From Dehalococcoidia bacterium (GTDB taxonomy: Bacteria > Chloroflexota > Dehalococcoidia > Plut-88900): a stretch of DNA of 64,000 bases. Positions within the stretch are counted from its first letter, which is position 1. The number at the start of each line of letters is the position of its first letter. Position numbers and translations under genes: made by a program. The DNA lies in assembly GCA_965197585.1 (NCBI GenBank), contig OZ240215.1, positions 3,296,001-3,360,000 of the forward strand. Reading direction: 5' to 3'. The notes beneath the pieces are model-generated. The model was not told the origin of the DNA. It did no database searches and saw only the letters and a list, made by a program, of their open reading frames with translations. Below are positions 19,831 through 29,184 of the stretch, in pieces.

Positions 19831-20207
19831 CCCGGGCTAGCAAGGCCCTCGTGCCCTTGCTCTTCCCGCCGTCCCAGCCATCCGTCTCTATGACCGATGC
19901 ACTGGGACGCCGGTTATGTCCCCCGTCAGCGGTCCGGTCATGTGCCGCTCACGAATTGGGATCGGCCCCACACAACCCTGACCACAGCCGACAACGTGTG
20001 GGGATAATCCAGCCCGGCGCCGACGGCACGGCACAAACCCCCGGCCTGGTTTCTAGTCCCGGACCTTCCATCGCCTCCCCCCTCCCAACAAACAGAACCG
20101 AAACCCACAAACCCCACAATCGAAGATGGAACATCCGCCTCTGGAGGATCCGCCTCAGGAGGACTGAATAAAAACCCGGTGTGTCACTAATCTACCGAAC
20201 GAGCACA

Positions 20208-20475
20208 CTCCCTTGACGGGTCGCAGATGCGCCGAGGCGTGAGAGGCCTGGGGCCCTAGGCTCGCCGAGGAGGGTGAGGGTGATCCCCCTCCCCCTTCTC
20301 CTTATATCCCCCCCCAGTACCAAACTAGAGGGATACGCCTGCGCCCTCGCGCAGGCGTATCCCTCTGTTTATCTTTCCCCCTCTCCCTTGAAGGCCCTAA
20401 GGGTCGCAGATGTCGCAGATGCGCCCTTGGCGTGCGCCACCGGCGTGAGAGGGGGATCAAGGGGGTGAAGGTTCC
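20208..20475. repeat. composite palindromic repeats carrying 21-nt inserts and an 18-bp perfect hairpin
   Basis: Homologous to 19334..19477 and 38620..38798. Confidence 0.8.
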
Positions 20476-20749
20476 TATCCCCATCCCCCTTGTTTCCCTT
20501 GACTTACAGTGTTATCCTTCTCCCCGACGCTTTTCGGCGCATTTACACCCTACATACCCCACACGGGCCCTCCACTCCCTCGGGCCCCAGGACACCGCAA
20601 TTGCTCGACGTTTCGTTCGACCAATTCGTCCCTTCACCGGCCTTATCGGCCCCTAGTCCTGGAAGGAGCTAACTAACCCTGACCATCATGCCTACCACAT
20701 TGTCTCCACCCTATTCCCACATTGACACCCCCAATTGTGCAATAATTCT

Positions 20750-20780
20750 ATTGACACGACTCGAAAGGCGGTGCTAACAT
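20750..20780 (+). promoter_or_regulatory. putative sigma70 promoter flanked by two CAATTGTGCAA direct repeats
   Basis: TTGACA-18-TAACAT with TG extension; second TTGACA at 20722; CAATTGTGCAA at ~20732 and ~20787. Confidence 0.45.
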
Positions 20781-20856
20781 GCCCCGCAATTGTGCAAACA
20801 GCTATGGAAATGGTAATGTTGTCCCTGTCCCAAGACTCCACAAAGTGAGGCAGCTC

Positions 20857-23800
20857 ATGCTTAAGAGACCCTTCAAATCATTGATAGCCCGAATAGCCAT
20901 CGTCGCTCTCGCGCTGTCCCTCGTAGTCCCCTTCGTGCCTGCGGCCTTCGCCCAGGACGCGTCGTTCCCCTATGCGGAGGACCGCAATGACCCGGTGGCG
21001 ACCTTCACGGCGACCGATGCTGACGGAGACGCCATTGTCTGGTCGTTGAGCGGAGCGGATGCTGAACTCTTCACGATAGAGGGCGGCGTACTGGCATTCA
21101 AGAAGTCGCCTGACTACGAGAGTCCTGGAGACTCGGGATCTGACAACACCTACAACGTGACGTTGAACGCCTCCGGCGGCAGCCGTGACGTTGCCGTAAC
21201 GGTGACGAACGTGGACGAACCCGGTTCGGTGAGCCTGACTGACCTGCAGCCGCAGGCTGGAGAGCCTGTGGGAGCGTCGGCAAGTGACCAGGACGGGAGT
21301 CTGGACCAGACGACGTGGCAGTGGTCGAAGTCGATGGACGAGGCGGCGTGGAGTGACATCTCCGGGGCCAGTTCCCCGACGTACACGCCGGCGACTGAGG
21401 ACATAGGCTACTACCTGAGAGCAACGGCTTCCTACAGTGACGGTTTTGGCACTGGGCGAGACGATGCCAGTGCGGTTACGGCCTTTGCTGTGGAGGAGAG
21501 GCCGGTGGCCAACGCCCAGCCGGCGTTTGCCGATGATGAGACTGATACTCCGGACAGCAGTGAACAGACCCGTGCGGTGAGGGAGACGGCGAAGGGTGGC
21601 GACAGTGTAGGTAACGCAGTTACGGCGTCGGACTCCGATAACGACCCGCTGCTCTACAGCATGGACGGCACCCCGGTCGACCTCACTGGTATTTCCCCCA
21701 CCGAGAATGCGACAGGGGTTGATCCCGATGCTCTGTTCACGATTGACAGTAAGAGCGGGCAGATTTCGGTGAAGAGCGGTGCCAATACAGACTACCTGGA
21801 CCTTGAGAAGTACTTCACGACCGCGGCTGATGCGAATGCAGATCCGCCTGTGGAGCAGTCATTAGAATACATGGTCACTGTAACGGCTGAGGATCCGTCG
21901 GGTTCGATAGCCACGGTGACGGTGACGATCGAGGTCACGGCGGTGGACGAAGCGCCGGAAATTACACTGGTGACCGTTGGGTTGGGAATCGGCCAAACAG
22001 CTAGAATCTCCACACCCGGCCAAACCTTCGTGGTAAACACGCCGGAGCAGGACCCGTTGGATCTGGAGTCGCAAGCCGGCAGCGATGACGCCTTCTCCCA
22101 AGGTCTCCCGGTGTTCGATGCGGACGACCCTGAAGAAGCTACCGATCCTAATGTAGACAAGATAACCTGGACGATATCCGGGGTTGACGCCAAGCGCTTC
22201 CAGATAGCGAAGCTTGTTAATGCCGAAAACGGGGTTTCAGCTCCCAACGAGGGCTTCAACAGCAGCGCAGCGCTGCGGTGGTCCGCTGCGGACAGGAAAG
22301 GTCCCAGCTTCGAAGCTATGGACTCGGCTGATGGTGACAACGTGTACCTGGTGACGGTGACGGCCTTTGACGGCGTAGCCAGCAAGTCCCAGGACGTGAG
22401 CATCACGGTGAGGAACGTAGAAGAGGACGGGAGCATAAGCCTGTCGCAACTTGTGCCGCAGGAAGGCATAGCGGTAACAGCCCGTTTGAGCGACCCGGAC
22501 GGTGGCATAACGGGTGCCACGTGGCAGTGGTACAGAGGCGTTACGAATACTGCTGAATTGCCGGAAATAGATGACGCTGAAACTAACAAGTGCGACGCCG
22601 AACGTACTTCGAATTGCTGGATAGAGGGCGCGACATCGTCCACCTACACACCGAGGGCGGCTGACGCCACTGGTGGTCCCGATGACAGCGATAACAACCC
22701 GACAGCTCAGAAGCTGACGGTAGTGGCGAAATACACGGACGCCTACGTAACGGATGATGACACGCTAAATGACGACGGTACGGTAACACAGGGCACCTCA
22801 GACGACGTAGACGATGGCGACATGGTCATTGAGACATCGGCGCACGATGCGAGGGTGAGGCCGGACCAGAACGCCCAGCCTAGCTTTGGTGACGATGAGT
22901 CGGTGGACAGGAGCGTGGAGGAGAACGCCAAGAATGTCAGTGTTGGAGAGCCGGTGACGGCGACCGACGGCGACGACGACCCGCTGCTCTACACGCTTAG
23001 CGGAGATGACAGCGACAACTTCAAGGTGAACAACTCTGGGCAGATAGAAACTGCTAAGGCTTTGGACTTCGAGACGCAGTCTAGCTACAGCGTAATGGTG
23101 ACGGCGACCGACCCGTCCGGGGCCAATGACTCCATCGAGGTGAACATCACCGTAACCGACGCCGATGACCCCGCTACCATTTCGGCCGACGGGTCTGTTT
23201 CCTATGCGGAGGACCGCAATGACCCGGTGGCGACCTTCATGGCGACCGATGCTGACGGAGACGCCATCGTCTGGTCGTTGAGCGGAGCGGATGCGGAACT
23301 CTTCACGATAGAGGGCGGCGTGCTTGCGTTCAAGAAGTCGCCCAACTACGAAAGTGCTGGGGACGAGGGATCTGACAACACCTACAACGTGACGTTGAAC
23401 GCCTCCGGCGGCAGCCGTGACGTTGCCGTAACGGTGACGAACGTGGACGAACCCGGTTCGGTGAGCCTGACTGACCTGCAGCCGCAGGCTGGAGAGCCTG
23501 TGGGAGCGTCGGCAAGTGACCAGGACGGGAGTCTGGACCAGACGACGTGGCAGTGGTCGAAGTCGATGGACGAGGCGGCGTGGAGTGACATCTCCGGGGC
23601 CAGTTCCCCGACGTACACGCCGGCGACTGAGGACATAGGCTACTACCTGAGAGCAACGGCTTCCTACAGTGACGGTTTTGGCACTGGGCGAGACGATGCC
23701 AGTGCGGTTACGGCCTTTGCTGTGGAGGAGAGGCCGGTGGCCAACGCCCAGCCGGCGTTTGCCGATGATGAGACTGATACTCCGGACAGCAGTGAACAGA

Positions 23801-26346
23801 CCCGTGCGGTGAGGGAGACGGCGAAGGGTGGCGACAGTGTAGGTAACGCAGTTACGGCGTCGGACTCCGATAACGACCCGCTGCTCTACAGCATGGACGG
23901 CACCCCGGTCGACCTCACTGGTATTTCCCCCACCGAGAATGCGACAGGGGTTGATCCCGATGCTCTGTTCACGATTGACAGTAAGAGCGGGCAGATTTCG
24001 GTGAAGAGCGGTGCCAATACAGACTACCTGGACCTTGAGAAGTACTTCACGACCGCGGCTGATGCGAATGCAGATCCGCCTGTGGAGCAGTCATTAGAAT
24101 ACATGGTCACTGTAACGGCTGAGGATCCGTCGGGTTCGATAGCCACGGTGACGGTGACGATCGAGGTCACGGCGGTGGACGAAGCGCCGGAAATTACACT
24201 GGTGACCGTTGGGTTGGGAATCGGCCAAACAGCTACCATCACCACACCTGGGCAAACCTTCGTGGTAAACACGCCGGAGCAGGATCCGTTGGCTCTGCGG
24301 TCACAAGGCGAAACCACGGACCCCTTCTCCCAAGGTCTCCCGGTGTTCAATGCGAACGACCCGGAAAGTGAGACCCCAGAAGAGATAACGTGGTCGATAT
24401 CCGGGGATGACGCCAAGCGCTTCCAGATAGCGGAGCTTGATACCCCCAACACTGACTTCGACAGCAGCGCAGCGCTGCGTTGGGCCTCTGATGACGGGAA
24501 AGGTCCCAGCTTCGAAGCTATGGACTCGGCTGATGGTGACAACGTGTACCTGGTGACGGTGACGGCCTTTGACAGCGTTGCCAGCAAGTCTCAGGACGTG
24601 AGCATCACGGTGAGGAACGTAGAAGAGGACGGGAGCATAAGTCTGTCGCAGCTTGTGCCGCAGGAAGGCATAGCGGTAACAGCCCGTTTGAGCGACCCGG
24701 ACGGTGGCATAACGGGCGCCACGTGGCAGTGGTACAGAGGCGTTACGAATACTGCTGAATTGCCGGAAATAGATGACGCTGAAACTAACAAGTGCGACGC
24801 CGAACGTACTTCGAATTGCTGGATAGAGGGCGCGACATCGTCCACCTACACACCGAGGGCGGCTGATGCCACTGGTGGAGGTACTGATAACCCACCCACT
24901 GACCCCCAGAAGCTGACGGTGGTGGCGAAATACACGGACGCCTACGTAACGGACAGGTTCGGCGGTACTGATGGCACCGACCCGACCGACGCTGATGACC
25001 CCGCCAATCCTGACGGCACTGACGATGGTGACATGGTCATTGAGACATCGGCGCACGATGCCAGGGAGAGGCCGGACCAGAACGCCCAGCCTAGCTTTGG
25101 TGACGATGAGTCGGTGGACAGGAGCGTGGAGGAGAACGCCAAGAATGTCATAGTCGGAGAGCCGGTGACGGCGACCGACGGCGACGACGATCCGCTGCTC
25201 TACACGCTTAGCGGAGATGACAGCGACAACTTCAAGGTGAACAACTCTGGGCAGATAGAAACTGCTAAGGCTTTGGACTTCGAGACGCAGTCTAGCTACA
25301 GCGTAATGGTGACGGCGACCGACCCGTCCGGGGCCAATGACTCCATCACGGTGAACATCACCGTAACCGACGCCGATGACGGCGCAACCATTGAGGCCAA
25401 CGTGGCCCCAGAGTTCGACGGCGACACCGCAGACCGCAGTGTCCCAGAGGACGCCGAAGCCGGCGCCAACGTCGGCGGCCCCGTGGTCGCTACGGACGGC
25501 AACTCCGGTGACTCCGTGAGCTACGCCCTCAGCGGCGACGAAGCCGGCAGCTTCGCAATCTGGCCCAACGGCCAGATCACCGTAGCCGAAGGCGTCACCC
25601 TGGACTACGAGACCAGGAACGCCTACACCGTGGTCCTCACGGCCACCGATGGCTCGGGCGCAACCGACTCCATAACGGTCAACATCAGTGTGACCGACGT
25701 GGATGAGAACATCGCCCCCGCTTTCGCAGAAGAGAGCGCAACCCTCAGCGTGGTAGAAAACACCGGCGCTGGCAGCAACGTCGGTGACCCGGTGGTCGCC
25801 ACAGACGCCGATGAGGACGAGCTTACCTACGCCCTCAGCGGCGACGGTGCTGGCAGCTTCGAAATCTGGCCCAGCGGCCAGATCACCGTAGCCGAAGGCG
25901 CCAACCTGGACTACGAGTCCCAGACCAGCCACATGGTGACAGTCACCGCCAGCGACGGTAAAGGCGGCAGCGCCTCCATCGCCGTGACCATCAACGTCAG
26001 CAACGTAGGCCTGGATAACGCCTACGACGCGAACGACGATGGCGCAATCAGCAAGGACGAGGCAGTGACAGCCGTGAACGGCTACTTCCTGGACGAGATA
26101 ACCAGGGACGAGGCCCTCGTAGTCCTGGGCCTCTACTTCGCCGCCAATGGCGACGATGACGCCGCCACTGACGATGACGCCGCCACTGACGATGACGCCG
26201 CCACTGAAGACGACGCGGCCACCGAAGATGACGCCGCCTCCGAAGATGACGCCGCCGCTGACGATGACGCGGCCTCTGACGATGACGCCGCCTCTGACGA
26301 TGACGCCGCCGCCGATGACGCCGACTCCGGTGACACGGAAGCGTAG
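20857..26346 (+). CDS. giant secreted cadherin-repeat protein with ~2.2-kb internal duplication, dockerin-like module and Asp/Ala-rich tail
   Basis: Signal peptide MLKRPFK...PAAFAQ (start moved from 20779, which overlaps the -10); cadherin motifs; YDANDDGAISKDE...LYF; DDDAAT repeats. Confidence 0.88.
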   Translation: MLKRPFKSLIARIAIVALALSLVVPFVPAAFAQDASFPYAEDRNDPVATFTATDADGDAIVWSLSGADAELFTIEGGVLAFKKSPDYESPGDSGSDNTYNVTLNASGGSRDVAVTVTNVDEPGSVSLTDLQPQAGEPVGASASDQDGSLDQTTWQWSKSMDEAAWSDISGASSPTYTPATEDIGYYLRATASYSDGFGTGRDDASAVTAFAVEERPVANAQPAFADDETDTPDSSEQTRAVRETAKGGDSVGNAVTASDSDNDPLLYSMDGTPVDLTGISPTENATGVDPDALFTIDSKSGQISVKSGANTDYLDLEKYFTTAADANADPPVEQSLEYMVTVTAEDPSGSIATVTVTIEVTAVDEAPEITLVTVGLGIGQTARISTPGQTFVVNTPEQDPLDLESQAGSDDAFSQGLPVFDADDPEEATDPNVDKITWTISGVDAKRFQIAKLVNAENGVSAPNEGFNSSAALRWSAADRKGPSFEAMDSADGDNVYLVTVTAFDGVASKSQDVSITVRNVEEDGSISLSQLVPQEGIAVTARLSDPDGGITGATWQWYRGVTNTAELPEIDDAETNKCDAERTSNCWIEGATSSTYTPRAADATGGPDDSDNNPTAQKLTVVAKYTDAYVTDDDTLNDDGTVTQGTSDDVDDGDMVIETSAHDARVRPDQNAQPSFGDDESVDRSVEENAKNVSVGEPVTATDGDDDPLLYTLSGDDSDNFKVNNSGQIETAKALDFETQSSYSVMVTATDPSGANDSIEVNITVTDADDPATISADGSVSYAEDRNDPVATFMATDADGDAIVWSLSGADAELFTIEGGVLAFKKSPNYESAGDEGSDNTYNVTLNASGGSRDVAVTVTNVDEPGSVSLTDLQPQAGEPVGASASDQDGSLDQTTWQWSKSMDEAAWSDISGASSPTYTPATEDIGYYLRATASYSDGFGTGRDDASAVTAFAVEERPVANAQPAFADDETDTPDSSEQTRAVRETAKGGDSVGNAVTASDSDNDPLLYSMDGTPVDLTGISPTENATGVDPDALFTIDSKSGQISVKSGANTDYLDLEKYFTTAADANADPPVEQSLEYMVTVTAEDPSGSIATVTVTIEVTAVDEAPEITLVTVGLGIGQTATITTPGQTFVVNTPEQDPLALRSQGETTDPFSQGLPVFNANDPESETPEEITWSISGDDAKRFQIAELDTPNTDFDSSAALRWASDDGKGPSFEAMDSADGDNVYLVTVTAFDSVASKSQDVSITVRNVEEDGSISLSQLVPQEGIAVTARLSDPDGGITGATWQWYRGVTNTAELPEIDDAETNKCDAERTSNCWIEGATSSTYTPRAADATGGGTDNPPTDPQKLTVVAKYTDAYVTDRFGGTDGTDPTDADDPANPDGTDDGDMVIETSAHDARERPDQNAQPSFGDDESVDRSVEENAKNVIVGEPVTATDGDDDPLLYTLSGDDSDNFKVNNSGQIETAKALDFETQSSYSVMVTATDPSGANDSITVNITVTDADDGATIEANVAPEFDGDTADRSVPEDAEAGANVGGPVVATDGNSGDSVSYALSGDEAGSFAIWPNGQITVAEGVTLDYETRNAYTVVLTATDGSGATDSITVNISVTDVDENIAPAFAEESATLSVVENTGAGSNVGDPVVATDADEDELTYALSGDGAGSFEIWPSGQITVAEGANLDYESQTSHMVTVTASDGKGGSASIAVTINVSNVGLDNAYDANDDGAISKDEAVTAVNGYFLDEITRDEALVVLGLYFAANGDDDAATDDDAATDDDAATEDDAATEDDAASEDDAAADDDAASDDDAASDDDAAADDADSGDTEA
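20965..25380 (+). repeat. intragenic tandem duplication, initial offset 2232 bp
   Basis: CCTATGCGGAGGACCGCAAT at 20969 and 23201; long identical stretches. Confidence 0.92.
26152..26325 (+). repeat. 18-bp coding tandem repeat (DDDAAT-like, ~10 units)
   Basis: GACGATGACGCCGCCACT and variants. Confidence 0.9.
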
Positions 26347-26400
26347 AGGCGCACGCGGCAAATAGAGAGTAAGTAAAGAAAGCAAGAAGGAGTAAGGAAC

Positions 26401-28353
26401 TTGGTCAAGAAAGCGCTGATGCTGCTGGGAGTCCTCGCAATTGTCGGGGTCGCTGGCCTGTCGCTGTTGCTGCCGGATGCCGTGAGCGCAAGCGGGCACA
26501 GCGCGACCAGGTCCTTCGCAAACAATACCGTAATTACAGGCGCCGAGCTGGAGATTGAGATATCGGTCTCCGGCCTCGGCGGCTTCGGCCAGGTGCGGGA
26601 GACCCTCCCCGAAGGTTTCTCCTTCACCGGGTCTGACGAATCCGCCGTCGTGGACGGCCAGACCGTTAGCTTCACCGTCCTCAACAGCGAGGCAACCTTT
26701 AGCTACACCGTCACCGCCCCCGCCGCCACCGGGACCTACGAATTCTCCGGCTCAGTCCTCGACTCTGACAAGGAAGGGGAGGACACCGGCGGAGACTCCT
26801 CCATAGAAGTCACAGACCCACCCCTCGTGGCGGAGAGGTCCATATCCCGTTCCTCCGTCGGCTCCGGGGAACAGATCACCATAAGCATAGCCGCCTCCGG
26901 ATTCGGCGCCGCGGCATCCGTGGCTGAGAACGTACCCGCTGGACTCACCTACACGTTCAGCAGTCTCTCCTCCGCCGCCGTTAACATAGACGAAGGTAGC
27001 ATCAGATTCACCCTCCTCGGCGAGGATAGCTTCAGCTACACCCTTACCGCCGGAGACCCGGGTGACTACACTATCTCTGGTACGATCACAGATTTGGACA
27101 GGGTAAGCTTAGACATCACCGGCGACGACAGCATAACCGTTTCCGCCGCCGTGCCTGCTACCGCTGACCGGTCCTTCGGCGCCGCCTTCGCAGAACCCGA
27201 AGGTGAAGTCGTTGTGACCATCGCGGCCGCCGGCTACGGGGCCGCCGCCCGGATCGTGGAAACCCTCCCTGAGGGCTTCACCTACGTGAACACAGACCTC
27301 CCCGGCGGTGCCACAGGCGCCGACGGGCAGTCGGTCACCTTCGTCATTCTCGGCGAAGACAGCTTCACCTACACCGTCATCGCCCCCGCTGACACGGGCG
27401 CCTATGCCTTCAGTGGCTCGCTGACTGATATCGACAAGAACGAAATCCCCATCGGAGGCACAACCGACTTGAAAGTTGGTGCTCCTCCGGCTTTCCCGGA
27501 GTCTGAGATGGGGATAAGAGAAATCGCCGAGAACACCGATGCGGGCGTCGACATCGGTGATCCGGTAGCGGCCGAGTCGACGGTCGGGGCACTGACATAC
27601 GAAATAACAGGTGATGATGCCCCAGACTTCGACATCGACACAGCCACTGGTCAATTGAAGACCAAATCCGCCCTTGACTACGAGACCAAGGCCAGCTACT
27701 CCGTCAGTGTAACCGCCACCGATGAACTCGGGAGTACGGCTTCCCTAGAAGTGACTGTTCAGGTCACCAATGTGTACGAGGGCATCATGATCACGGACAG
27801 CGGTGTCCGCGAAATCAACGAAAATACGCCCTTCGGCGTACGCATCGGCGACCCGATTGACGCCACTTCCGCCGATGGTAGCTCCTTGACCTTCGAGATC
27901 ACCAGCGCCGCCGCAGACACCTTCGACATCGAACCCGACACCGGTCAGTTGAGGACTAAGGGCGACCTGGACTTCGAGACCAGAGCCAGCTACTCGCTCC
28001 AGGTAACCATCACCGACGAGTACGGCGAGAGTGCCTCCCTGGTAGTAACCATCAAGGTCCTCGACCGTGATGAGTACGTCGAACCGACGGCCACACCTGA
28101 ACCTACAGCGGTGCCGCCCACGGCAGTGCCTCCCACGGCAGTACCGCCGACGGCCACTTCGGTGCCGCCCACGGCCACTTCAGTACCGCCCACAGCAGCA
28201 CCCGAACCGACAGTGGCGCCTGAGCCCACGGCCGTCCCTGAACCAGAGGATGAAGGTGGATTCCCGGTCTGGGCCATCATAGTGATAGTCCTGGCGGTAA
28301 TAGCGGGCGTAGCCATCATCGGGTTCGTCATCTACCGCAGACGCCAAGCGTAA
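26401..28353 (+). CDS. membrane-anchored surface protein: signal peptide, 3 tandem ~108-aa beta-rich modules, 2 cadherin domains, Pro/Thr linker, C-terminal TM helix + RRR
   Basis: Repeats RS...ETLPEGF...F..LGEDSF.YT..A..G.Y.FSG..D.D; PTAVP repeats; GGFPVWAIIVIV...YRRRQA. Confidence 0.85.
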   Translation: MVKKALMLLGVLAIVGVAGLSLLLPDAVSASGHSATRSFANNTVITGAELEIEISVSGLGGFGQVRETLPEGFSFTGSDESAVVDGQTVSFTVLNSEATFSYTVTAPAATGTYEFSGSVLDSDKEGEDTGGDSSIEVTDPPLVAERSISRSSVGSGEQITISIAASGFGAAASVAENVPAGLTYTFSSLSSAAVNIDEGSIRFTLLGEDSFSYTLTAGDPGDYTISGTITDLDRVSLDITGDDSITVSAAVPATADRSFGAAFAEPEGEVVVTIAAAGYGAAARIVETLPEGFTYVNTDLPGGATGADGQSVTFVILGEDSFTYTVIAPADTGAYAFSGSLTDIDKNEIPIGGTTDLKVGAPPAFPESEMGIREIAENTDAGVDIGDPVAAESTVGALTYEITGDDAPDFDIDTATGQLKTKSALDYETKASYSVSVTATDELGSTASLEVTVQVTNVYEGIMITDSGVREINENTPFGVRIGDPIDATSADGSSLTFEITSAAADTFDIEPDTGQLRTKGDLDFETRASYSLQVTITDEYGESASLVVTIKVLDRDEYVEPTATPEPTAVPPTAVPPTAVPPTATSVPPTATSVPPTAAPEPTVAPEPTAVPEPEDEGGFPVWAIIVIVLAVIAGVAIIGFVIYRRRQA

Positions 28354-28404
28354 ACCGGGGCTAAGAACCCGCTGCGCAAGTAGGCAGCACAAAGTAGAGT
28401 AAAA

Positions 28405-28446
28405 TCCGCCCCCAGGGGTCACAACCCTTGGGGGCGGAGACTTTTT
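28405..28446 (+). terminator. intrinsic terminator
   Basis: TCCGCCCCCAGGGG...CCCTTGGGGGCGGA + T-run; similar to 34217..34254. Confidence 0.75.
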
Positions 28447-28494
28447 AGGTCGGATGTGTAGAGATTGTTGCTTTCTTAAGTTTGGAGAAATCAC

Positions 28495-28797
28495 ATGCGT
28501 CTTACCTCTAAGGAGATGGATCGACTCACAATCTTCACCGCAGCCGAGCTCGCTCGGCGGCGGCGGCAGAGAGGCTTAAAACTAAACTACCCGGAGGCCG
28601 TAGCCCTCATATGCGACGAGCTTCTCGAAGATGGCCGCGAAGGTAAAACCTACGAAGAGGTTATGACACACGCGATCAATATTCTCTCCACTGATGACGT
28701 CCTGGACGGCGTCCCTGACTTGGTAACCCCCATCCGCCTCGAGGTCACCTTCGACGATGGGAACAAGCTCATATATGTGGAAAACCCCATCAGATAG
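28495..28797 (+). CDS. ureA: urease gamma subunit homologue
   Basis: MRLTSKE..RL, RRR.RGLKLNYPEAVA, EVTF.DG.KL...NPI. Confidence 0.92.
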   Translation: MRLTSKEMDRLTIFTAAELARRRRQRGLKLNYPEAVALICDELLEDGREGKTYEEVMTHAINILSTDDVLDGVPDLVTPIRLEVTFDDGNKLIYVENPIR

Positions 28798-28810
28798 GAG
28801 GACGATACCG

Positions 28811-29182
28811 ATGAAACCGGGCGAGGTCATTCCAGCCGAAAGTGCCATACAGATAAATGAGGGCCGAGAAGTTATCGCTATTTCTGTAACCAACACCTCG
28901 GACCATGCCGTCCAAGTCACGTCCCACTATCACTTCTTCGAAGCCAATAAACGGTTGCAGTTTGATCGGACTGCAGCCTATGGAAAACGACTCGACGTGC
29001 CTTCGGGCGCTGCAGTCCGATGGCAACCGGGGGAAACCAGGAGAGTCCGGCTGATAGACATCGGGGGAAAACGAAGAGTGTTCGGTTTCCAGGGGCTGGT
29101 TAACGGCCGACTAACTGACGAGCAACGCGGTGAGGCCCTACACCGGGCCCGAGACCGCGGCTTTCTGGACCAGGAGAGTTAA
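28811..29182 (+). CDS. ureB: urease beta subunit homologue
   Basis: MKPGE, VQVTSHYHFFEAN, AYGKRLDVPSG.AVR; start at MKPGE after AGGAGG. Confidence 0.92.
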   Translation: MKPGEVIPAESAIQINEGREVIAISVTNTSDHAVQVTSHYHFFEANKRLQFDRTAAYGKRLDVPSGAAVRWQPGETRRVRLIDIGGKRRVFGFQGLVNGRLTDEQRGEALHRARDRGFLDQES

Positions 29183-29184
29183 CC

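Noticed and set aside
20786-20850. c-di-GMP-I riboswitch (GCAAAC...GGAA)
   Set aside because: Downstream GACGCAAAGC and P2 elements are absent.
20965-25380. Diversity-generating retroelement TR/VR pair
   Set aside because: Differences include indels and non-adenine changes; both copies are coding; no reverse transcriptase in the window.
24301-26499. 732-aa minus-strand ORF and similar long antisense ORFs (e.g. 3398..4471, 37270..38520, 47062..48330)
   Set aside because: Shadows of well-supported opposite-strand genes in GC-rich DNA; no motifs.
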